A stretch of DNA of 64,000 nt from Candidatus Danuiimicrobium aquiferis. Its GTDB lineage: Bacteria > Omnitrophota > Omnitrophia > Omnitrophales > Danuiimicrobiaceae. Positions 39,901-45,100 of the stretch are shown piece after piece. The notes beneath the pieces were generated by a model. It was not told where the DNA came from. It was given only the letters and a program-made list of their open reading frames with translations, and did no database searches. Position numbers and translations under genes: made by a program. The stretch spans positions 22,970-86,969 of the forward strand of contig MHFR01000043.1 in the NCBI GenBank assembly GCA_001804285.1. The letters run 5' to 3'. Every line of letters starts with the position of its first letter. The first letter of the stretch is position 1.

Positions 39901-42099
39901 AGTTACTGAAACAGAATTTGACCACAACCCCATATTGTCCCGGAATTTCACCCAGACCGTTTTATTTCCGTCACCCGATGAAAATGTCCATGCCTTCGTA
40001 GTTTTGTATGTTTCGGGTGTTGTCCAATTCGAATTATCCGAAGAAAAACTCATTTGACTGATACCGGATCCCATATCATACGCGTAAAAATTCAGCGTAA
40101 CTGCCGTCTGTGAAATATATTGAGCACCGTTATTGACGCGGAGATAAGAAATCTGAGGAGGAGCTGTATCGAGCCGGATACCGGCCCCATAAGAACTGCT
40201 CATTTTCCCGGCCTTATCATAATAACGGACATACACCACCTTGTATCCGTCTCCGGAAGATAACGTGTAACTTTTGGTTGCTGCAAACGCTTCCGGAGCT
40301 GTCCAATTCGTCTTGTCCGTCGAAAAACTCATCTTGTCTACTCCGGAACCATAATCATAAGCAGATAAATTAAGCATGACATTTGCAGAACCCGTATAAG
40401 AAGCCCCACTATTGATCCGCAATGAACCGAATGGCGCGTACGTATCGAGCCGGACCGAAACGGAAACAGGCGACGACCATTGCCCTGCCTTATCCTGAAA
40501 CTTTGCCCAGACAGTCTTCAGACCGTCACCGGTAGAAAATGTCCATGCGCGAGTCGCGTTATATGTTTCAATGGTTGTCCAATTCAGGTTGTCTGTTGAA
40601 AACATCATCTTATCAATTCCGACTCCGGCATTTTGAATTGAAATATTGAGCGTTACTGCTGTCTGCGTGATATATTGAGCGCCATTATTCACAGTAAGAG
40701 CCGCAACAGGCGGAGTCGTGGCAAGCGTGATCGATTGCGAATAAATCGTGCTTTCATTTCCGGCCTTATCGAAATATTTCACATAAATCGTTTTTTCACC
40801 GTCACCCGCAGGAAGCGTAAAACTTTTTGAGGCCAAATAAACTTCGGAAGTAGTCCAATTTGTTCCATCCGTTGAAAAACTCATCTTATCAAGACCAGTC
40901 CCGGAATCCGTACCGGACAAATTTAGCGTTACAGTCCTTGAGGTCGTATACAATCCGCCGCCATTAATCACAATTGAGCCTGCCGGAGCAATTGTGTCCC
41001 GCAAAACCGTGAAATCAAACGCTTCACTTGAAACCCCATTTTTCCATTTATAACGAACACTAACCGCATTATTTCCTTCCTCGCCAAGCGGAACATCATA
41101 AGACCACGTCTTAGAACTCCCGACAGGAACCGCTTCAAACCCATTGATCAAAACACCGGCACCTTCGGGTTTTATTCCTTCAACACGAAATGCATCCTGA
41201 TTTGAAATCGGAGATGTAACGGAAGTTGTTACGGTCGGTTTAGGCGGAGCAGTGGTGTCTTTGTTGAGTGTAAGTTTAAAGGTATTGTCCGACATATGAT
41301 CGCCATCAATCGTAAAACGGATTGAATCCACTTTATGAATGTCAATCTTGGATGAAAGTAAATCCATCGAAACGGAATAATAAGAAACACTGCTAGCGTC
41401 CACGTCCACTAAATATACTTTCGCGGTATCCCGGTTCGTATCCCGGAATTCGATCTGAACAATCGGTTCCGGTGACTTCATCCCAACCACAAAATGAGCA
41501 AGGTTTGATAAATCAATACCGCCTCCGGCCTGAACTTCGATATGTGTAAGCCAATGGAGAAGCGACCAGTCGCCTGTAAGCTCCCATTCATCCATTGTCA
41601 TCCCGGGCGGAAGAACGGCCGAATTCGAAATCACAATACCGTTCGCAGGATTCGGAATCGTGGAAACATCCGGGACCTGAAGGGTTGCATCGTGCAATAA
41701 TTGAGTATCGCCGGGCGCTGGCTGGATTTCATGATAAACCGTTTGAGTCTCTTGCAAAGCTGCCTGAGTAGTCATTGCCTGAGATTGCGTTTCAACGGGA
41801 TCAGCTTTTGATAAAGGATTTGTATCCGTCAAAAAGTCAATCGTCGTAGAGGGCTGCGAGTCTGTGTTTAACGATAGCCTATCTTCCACTAAATCTGAAA
41901 CCTGTTTTTCAGGTAGCTCAGATTGCTTTTGAGGATTCACGGCCAGTTCGGTTATGCCCGTATAGCCGAGCTGTGTCACATTGAACGTCATAATCAAAAG
42001 AAAAGCGACTATCTTTTGAAAGTGATTAAACCCTTTCGATCCTCTTTGCAACTTCACTAAACTCTCCTCTTTCGAAGAATAGTGATTCATGAAACTCAC
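24961..42099 (-). CDS. Giant surface protein (5712 aa): signal-anchor, about 13 Ig-like beta-sandwich repeats, LamG/concanavalin-like lectin domain, extensive YD/Rhs-type repeats, coiled-coil, TM/Gly-rich segment, C-terminal region that may be a toxin
   Basis: Single uninterrupted ORF. Tandem roughly 92-aa repeats with the pattern DT..P.GS..IN.GA.YT.S..VTL.LSA.DSGSG..KMSFSTDN.NWT. LamG-like block LDDFNGRTSLGANWTV...FDNFVV. Many YD-type repeats. Confidence 0.85.
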   Translation of the reverse strand: MSFMNHYSSKEESLVKLQRGSKGFNHFQKIVAFLLIMTFNVTQLGYTGITELAVNPQKQSELPEKQVSDLVEDRLSLNTDSQPSTTIDFLTDTNPLSKADPVETQSQAMTTQAALQETQTVYHEIQPAPGDTQLLHDATLQVPDVSTIPNPANGIVISNSAVLPPGMTMDEWELTGDWSLLHWLTHIEVQAGGGIDLSNLAHFVVGMKSPEPIVQIEFRDTNRDTAKVYLVDVDASSVSYYSVSMDLLSSKIDIHKVDSIRFTIDGDHMSDNTFKLTLNKDTTAPPKPTVTTSVTSPISNQDAFRVEGIKPEGAGVLINGFEAVPVGSSKTWSYDVPLGEEGNNAVSVRYKWKNGVSSEAFDFTVLRDTIAPAGSIVINGGGLYTTSRTVTLNLSGTDSGTGLDKMSFSTDGTNWTTSEVYLASKSFTLPAGDGEKTIYVKYFDKAGNESTIYSQSITLATTPPVAALTVNNGAQYITQTAVTLNISIQNAGVGIDKMMFSTDNLNWTTIETYNATRAWTFSTGDGLKTVWAKFQDKAGQWSSPVSVSVRLDTYAPFGSLRINSGASYTGSANVMLNLSAYDYGSGVDKMSFSTDKTNWTAPEAFAATKSYTLSSGDGYKVVYVRYYDKAGKMSSSYGAGIRLDTAPPQISYLRVNNGAQYISQTAVTLNFYAYDMGSGISQMSFSSDNSNWTTPETYKTTKAWTFSSGDGNKTVWVKFRDNMGLWSNSVSVTVKLDTVPPVGWIKINNGALYTTSSYVTLNLSAQDSGSGISYVRFSTDNVNWTSSYTYSNSRSYSLPTGDGSKTVWVKFQDKAGTWSNPVSSTIILDTTIPTGSITINNGEIYTSSTVVTLKLTAQDAGSGINKMSFSTNNSTWTTPEAFSATKNFTLPTGDGSKTVYVRYYDKAGKVSTVYSKSIMLDTVPPQGTIAVNNGAQYIKQTNVALNLSATDSGSGLDKMSFSTDNITYSEPEVYSTTKSWDFSGGDGNKTVWVKFLDKASKSSSPVSVTVLLDTVLPTGSVQINNGAFYSNTQTVTLNLSGQDSASGIDKMSFSTDNANWTTPEIYATSKSFSLPAGDGTKTIYVKFFDKAGNASSVTHRAIILDTTAPQGTISVNGGVQYITQTHVTLNVNASDSGSGLDKMSFSTDNANWTTAETYKITKSWDFTVGDGNKTVWVKFLDKSGTWSSPVSVAVFLDTILPTGSVTINAGASYTTSNSVTLNLSAQDSGAGIETMSFSTDNISWTEAETYSSSKNFSFPSGDGTKTVYVQFFDKAGNASTICSNSISLDATSPTGSLEINYGAAYATSTQVTLRLSAADTGSGISKMSFSTNNVSWTASENYTTLRNFTLPSGDGNKTIYVKYFDKAGNESTIYSQSIFLDKTVPTGSVVINHGDVSTTSRTVTLTFAADDGNGAGVSSILYSLDGGSTWSAWQSYVPELSVLLPDGNGEKTVKYKIRDAAGNESSYYEDRITLNMGTDPVLFLDDFNGRTSLGANWTVQSGSFSIGNNNLWQSVAGVPGQIVLANAPSVNNYEIDFDMAIRSWDVDQVGLIFRKQDLQNYYLAVYTRNYSSGYFKFIKVVNGASTVLTQSSTPIISDSLYHHMKVIVNGNQFEMVFDGETRVTAQDGSIQNGTVGIYSQMGSEFFDNFVVKNSGITVSLPVVNPLPQYTTAHLRTISGTKTSGTSIWINGVEKVPSDVQTSWSVEVPLSADGNYTFSIFARDGSGSKSNVVEVSTVRDTIAPSGSVIINNGASKTSSANISLALNVEDETSGLDSVRLSTDGGTNWTAWENFQSTKTLTLSSGEGEKTVLVEVRDHAGLTQTFSDSILLTTATPPAIQFLSSAVTASPDYVLRYTVNGVEKTENWKLHTGENRILVRALDRGLYTYSDFVVTFNGTEPSLPAMPTVPVLSSDLVSMTTEDGLVVKYDQGNLVAIEKTDDYELYLPVFNGDVLTGGLLVFKNGDKLLFEGGHALYKLSSDGATTRYNADNFVTSIVGQDQKIVRFSYQLDPAGKVIGTLMSEQDMTSFYDGAGLPVWFKKTDGTDIRYVNGSLHEYKDNSGNYYLYEINGIYSGVEQTGSRSTLIYVTPAGTSTPLPIGEIQNNLASYPTIKATLESKIPIQIDYDMNHQMTKVISGKEEELALDNGLPESLMDQSKSTMFFTALTNEDGDIENLALSQNGIDQSFNQTGNLNSITLSDGTVLEVNAEKLNEIQAGDGSVLANLTWNGAQLTGYVRTYEDGTVETYQNSTIKTRQDSNGNITTYTSGQPITMKTPDGRTYQISSGINTSGKTERKLDLISIDLDDGRRIEFENGKPIRYIQTKDGQSGIYDVPVLPDGTYYVPSLKLTGAELRAVTIDPAGSVLSGEILFSDGTQYLIENGLLKQQITPSGQMVKFSEEEPEPIVPTTPVPAQPLTEAEQIYRNQLIEKEFEYFTSSASIHALTELPFDNYDAGTHQSSNYSQATLAGFWAEILVAIAKGDYVTSKITREQAFQKLVTLLSSLKVAQQQAGWNGMFSFFTIKETQVPVLDPLGNLTGQTQTVVSYERTFNSIGLGDNLNLSVSLSSVIGALTGLSLDPALSVLRDQIISKSNDILTAQDPGYAQFYNSSKKQFNMAYEFSGTTGSFAGQMDRLFNEFRTGLFWLVARHPEYTPALEKLAITIRPYESSDGLQFNNAVPFDGGAFQMFWPLIYQDETQYSEFNIALRNFLYAQADYVSQQEVPGLLSAGSNPGGDYVGKIGLPEASETDDHLLTDIGSIYGTASAFGLAPHYVLQFLKNIETKFPQVKTAYGYVDSLAIRNVTTVDPVTLQPVTTKQPVYSSRYYGIDQASFLLALLKTSQNYYQNYLTQKNMKNTVDQIYQSFSLGLTPVMENNPTAGNFGITPSILYGGSAAHPDGLSPELIKRPAFVTTVVDPEYGAGQVVNYFTPTGKFHHPEIEFPIDDTNFISMNLQEYLLTSGDPFAGKSLFEDFILDLLDESYSLGTFYTSGYGSARQAITQDPLIGAVRHLQFDLKYLEMPVGIWALYHSFDISKYDFLSVPVRLGKGTPKGTRLKFELKGLGEIFVTDEITEEWTYLNIPKTAPMGALTEIAVSILSPDGGPVAGDIYIGPLSLMKVRSTKSIDWKSLVGKTESEIRMLLIQNAKTQPSGGSAITGEEVLENFSVDADGKLVSGTRKLVDGSVQYFKDGHLTKWIFPNGRTIVYANGLASYIIDLARGKLEEGKFYYDQDLRGNIRQFIVEDNDRRRVFGSDGKLQSINDKGRIINFEDGKIKSIVLSNATLTNLEFASDQKLLSAHVAMSDGSSFDINQGGDQFVQYPDGVKVYYRDTYITAIETPQNGRTEFSYQFDAARKLIGVTATFNGQAKSMIEFIQMAGREVEKSYLLDKSPMEVIPISGIYGFNANPNDLSVATKGSFGDGAAIRYQFQYKTITPDILGMVFSHKDQPIEVSGYDFLGITLMQDSSMTWGQDFELKLKSPELATRYVFEVDNAQNSYKTYVFSLDGKSGEEGETTLEVIRDPAGLSKLGQIYIKNLTYYSVRRTEKPLWETILNITGNEIQSLKIETEMLTAVGADIAQRKAITITDIQSMLDLPTSISYVETGDGKDFGKVKKFVRFDGSQVELENNMIKKVILPDGTVNEYQTNVNETHAEIEGGLANLSDKGSMDYKYGALRKVTQSDGREYEFSYEYDDAGTETTLVKDELSGDVRRFQDGKLLRSDTTQGLKTNYQYANGVLIGAEIAYKNKVLQSSQYHFTDEETQVTDEDGTTWFYDKNGNLIKHITKDGYLYTYSDFQFSSSYPYMWKDDYKRALIDAKDLRAVTLSGFQAADGSQILYGFDKGTKGEIKFANGDHGVNLEFDEELKIKSGQIQFANGMILEIENYLPVRGRLETGELFDVPYPMDYPVAYNPEFVQGADGGYLGFKTYRRVELYKYTGIFRQFAGYAYNKYTYDRQGRLIKVETPQGTTDDITYQTNAAGEAISYSVHRKKQFSYQGVAFPKPIELLTDGGSQRLMDSGKEVARHDGDGFLVAVYKEAEGQWLSFSGTFSSAADRLGLKNFLENIKNGEYMVLAVNDPQMNQIRSDISSLLKDMGARPLTLGDAESSGGKYLLMGNKNFLDGNGHQAANKTDLSSTIESEEEINKPITSDSKWSNNPLIVKTAVSANDAYSAFMVAYQSLKPSEDIQKSAVYGGSNQMMLAERLDGQRSYYQNGRIKEVFNGDGNLVYSYEYVCPVTCNKPEDYLLSKVNMVKARQDLVSDEIEQQHQIEQTKYDALQNLAWQDEVARAQIQENLDSGIAAIDGQISSYESQKYQEIKKCKNFMGFKYGCHVERFEVPGVQDAINQLRSQRTELLQTAETQLSLIPGEVDARKQEIENAIADRLIELGNQKKDIERDILKREVEPVLSDYYRRILGRDPSSAELEYWTDDTLAKYQPNAAGTNTPSVDTTLLYSRLNDPSANSEKTRRLNEKQAIISGVRTFLTNYVTAQSAAKEAMLNQLKLQPGDVVDLDSTDVSEILAWLESRDLHFGQSAYLALKEMLASRGINVAADVLGKELILIDILMGLITRFLTGELVLSAYAMMKVAAIHNDNFSTVQYTYADLLNLYRTVCPSSQTPCSLRIIAHIAKDHYIQITNVTETEVFYREVSKGENGEDLTIDKDQFLETWDVDGKGGYLIVPTEKVMLGKEVSKETALKIQGAFLPFLFFVISFVLTVASAVVSIFSPTWGKILGYAALVAGIIGIVGSVGQWVVNGVKMAYSAVAQQGFFGALKSGFAAIGHQMMQAVHYVGRFFQNAFQFVKNGFSGGFKTLGSGIMKINTYLAHPEIAGAGSASARFSVEQIVSRNIIAASLNYNLSKGFEGFGLNNTFTRLASAFIGFGAVGIGGSTSSFIQSGLQGLMLQGVSEIGLKLDLPPPVTQALSLVGSAALGAYFNPNLTLKAALIDIAPQVTSKLTLGGIEFIGRSMGLNPRIAQLIGLPVSAIVGNLTGRFSDVVIGYRDDGTAIYVSNPYNEESIWSTLKRSILNEATLSGMVSIGSSLIGDALDVNPVLISLGLRGLVGGVQGLTDTLDQRNAGARFLVGMTGGLKDTVEDLVKLGGKHLTLTEKTFYLSQLVTFATQKGSRDIFDFFEEYANDIIGRNTAEAILKSGHNVSEYFKAKRQAKDFTVTTLDNVSVHEYTVGDSKFILTEDETQLLARKFGNHMEKGEYVFDKDGNYLLRNGEVVFTNGSETLHLTIRETEIVQIDMVQSGGNSLTFFGTADQPLVLSKNPEESFKIESGVLRNWDTGETNYYSDGKITAVQDTQFINFTTASAGPVAGAIQMAQYFDPEGMNQGFEIHMDEGLRNEMLDLNQSAINGVMSSIVDHQTAETTSGSSWIEQIQLKQQDLYNGGIEAIHKVRSFLQPGYDALKAQIPILQNDLSLDLLEAFAVGVVDTVLIGTELDDIFNEYGQLKNNWREMSLNEKTMKGLSIGGHAFNEIMRGFQLMSFGLSIRSVGKAVVGTVDNTIDDWVRMILKDPMHPDASKLDDLFRNAEFEAKWINQVDSVHDLKNVANRRLVDYSKARSKIFRRDAVEVNKAYPETYNPKPHKPGFPVTEYVRSGADLTAEGFMRIHGESNTVGTWLMRKTDFEALKLEAQNTNRNFAELLQERLALPTKPTMVSDFVPSPDRAVAIRESTVNPIFSDSPNQTQLEIMLEDEAEREFLKDWFKNTRSL
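36999..40975 (-). repeat. Tandem roughly 276-bp coding repeats (12-13 copies) encoding the 92-aa Ig-like modules of the giant protein
   Basis: Periodicity is evident from the protein translation. DNA-level identity between copies is only moderate, consistent with diverged repeats. Confidence 0.7.
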
Positions 42100-42138
42100 C
42101 CCCCTATAACAAAGATAAGATTTATTATTTCAAACTGC

Positions 42139-45100
42139 TTAGGCCGATTGCGCAATTAACTGTTTTACTTCAAACCAAGCTGAAATCACCTGATAATCCC
42201 AGAAATAAAGGCCGCCATCCTTCTTAAACTGCATCCCGCCAAATTCCTGAAAAAACCATTGCTGGATCAATTGATCTTTAATCTCGGCGGATTCGTTTCC
42301 AAACCCCTTAAAATTCGCCGATAATTTCTTAAGAAGAAGGAGCGTTAAAAAAATGTCCGGAACAAGCTCTGCGCGATTCACTCGCGAAAATGCTTCATCC
42401 GTCTCAAGGAAAATGACACCCTTCGAATAATCGAGATTCCCTTTTGCATTTAAAAACACACGATCCGGAACCAATATCGAAGCGCCGCTCATCACGCTCT
42501 TTTGGAGCATGCATTGATCGTTTGCTTGTGTCGAGACGAATTTGACAGAGCGTGTGATGTCGGGAACTAATTTTCTTGCTTTGATTTGAAGTTCTCCCGC
42601 CCGAGACCCGGCAATCACAAGCCATGGACGCTCAGGGTGCGCTTCCCCTTTGGCCTGAATTAATCTCAGAACTTCTCCGAAAAGAAACTCGTCTTTCACA
42701 AATATATTCTCATCTGAAATCATCACTTGACCGCCCTGTGATGCAAGGATGGATTTTATATTCGGGCGATCCTTCGCAAATTTCGATATCCCGGAAAACT
42801 GAACCGCTGATATCTCTTCTATTCTTTTCTCGCGAGAAAGCTCTCTCGATATTTCCCATTCATTGCTGCCGATCGCGAAGAAGCCGAAAACAGCGGCTTG
42901 AGCAATCCTGATCCTTAATTCAGAGCGAGACACGCTTTGAGACGCTTGAGATGGATTCAATCCATTAACTCGCACCTTAATCCATCCCGCATCTTCTCCC
43001 GAAATCGGATGAGTTCCGTCACCGTCAGTCAGGTTTGGCGAAATTCGAACACGAATCGTTCGAATATCCGAAACATCAAAACCGGTTCCTTGAAAGGCCG
43101 CTAAATCAGAAGCTTTAATGGTTTTCTTGGAAGGTTCTGAAGTAATCCCGTTAATCGTGATGGTCGCAAGTTTCCGGTTTGTGCCGATGCCGGAATAAAA
43201 TCCAATTTCACAAATTGGGAATTTATCGGAACTGATCTCAATCGCGAAATCTTTTTCAGCCAGATTATAGATTTTCTCACCGCTCGGCCGGCTCGCAAGA
43301 ACACGGGCATCTTTGTAAATCGGGTTCGTGGTTGCCGCAAGATTCACATCCATCAGAAAGTCATCGTCTGAAGGACGGGAAACGGACGTCACGCCAGACA
43401 CTCCCGGAAAATTGAACGCAACAGGATTCGCCCAATCCCCCTCAACTCCCATTAATGTAGAAATAAAATTATATGTAATGATCCAATCTACAACGATTTC
43501 ATTTCCGGCTTGGTCTTGAAAGGTGCGGCTTATCTGGTTATCGCCTTCCACTAACGTAATCGTTTCTGTCCTTTCCTCGTCATCAACGGTATAAATCAGC
43601 GTATAATTTGCGTCATAGCTGACAATGGACGATTGTAAAACAACTACCGGAGGCATCGTATCCAGCGTAATTTGCCAAGTCACTGTTGTTTGCCCTCCCG
43701 ATGCACTTGTAAACGTTCTGGTAATCACATTCTCGCCTTCCTCTAAAGTGAGATTTTCACTTTGCGAAACAGCGTCAACCGTGTAGGTCAATACGTAATC
43801 CGGATTATTTGTAAGAAGAGGAGATGTAACTTCGACAACCGGCGGGATAATCGGAGTCTCAACCCGAGTGATATTGATTGTCTGCGAAGCGCTTAGGAAA
43901 TTATATTGATCTCGCGCGACAATACTAAATGGGTTTTCCCCTATTGCTAAATTAAGATCAATGGACCAAGCCGTTAAACCATTTAGGGCAACAATTTCTA
44001 TATCATTAATCACGATCGCCGTATTTGCAGGCTTAGTGCCTTCCAGTTTGATAGCACTTTCAGAAGTGGAATTTGGATAACTGGAAATAACGGGCTCGTT
44101 AACAACGGGCACTCTTAAAATATCAACTGTTGCAGGTGCGCTTTCGTTCCCTGCCGCGTCCTTCGAACTGATACGAAATGAATTCACTTCCAAACTGAGC
44201 GGAAGTTCTTTAGACCATGTCTCCGACGCATTAACCGGAATAATTTCTGCCCCATTAATCCAAATTGATGAGTTTGCTTCTTTTGTTCCATTTAAGAGAA
44301 GCGTATCAGCTTGAGTAACAGGACCCACAGAATCCACCGCCGGAACAACAGGCGGAGTTGTATCGGGCGGTGTAACAGTGCCTCCACCTCCGCCGCCACC
44401 AGTTGTTGGCACAGATTCACGAGTAATTTCAATTGCTTGAGGTTCACTCAATTGTCCGAATTTATTACGAGCAGCAACTTTAACCGTATTCTTTCCCATT
44501 ACTAAATCAACCGTAACGGGACCCCATGTTGTTTTCTGATCTTGAACTACAACCTCTTGATCATTAATCAAGATAGACATGTTAGCGAGTTTAGCGCCTG
44601 AAAGACCAATCACAGCTTCTGTCGTTTTCTCAGGCGTTTGATTCACTTGCGGTTTAGCAGGCGGTAAAACTGAAACGGTGACGTTAACTTCGTCACTCAT
44701 TTTTCCCGAAGCATTTTTTGCGTTAATCGTAATTTCCGTAACGATTTGAGAAAGTGTGAGTGTATAATCCCATGTGGTTAATTCATTTATTGGAACAATT
44801 TCATTTCCGTCAAGATAGATAGCCGTCCCCGATGCTTTTTCCCCGCTAAGCGTGACATGATCTTCATAAAGCTTAATATCCGTTGATTCAAGCGTTGGAG
44901 CTGGAACAGAAGTCTCTGGCTGTGGATTTTGGACTCCCTGCTGATTTGGGTCATCTGTCGTTCCACCCGGCGTGGGTGTGGTTGGTGTTGTTGGCGTTGT
45001 CGGTGTAGTGGGCGTTACGATCGGTGTGTCTGTAGAATCGACCGGAGAAACGGGCTCGACTCCACACGCCGAAAATAATGCGGATGCTCCTGCAATAAAT

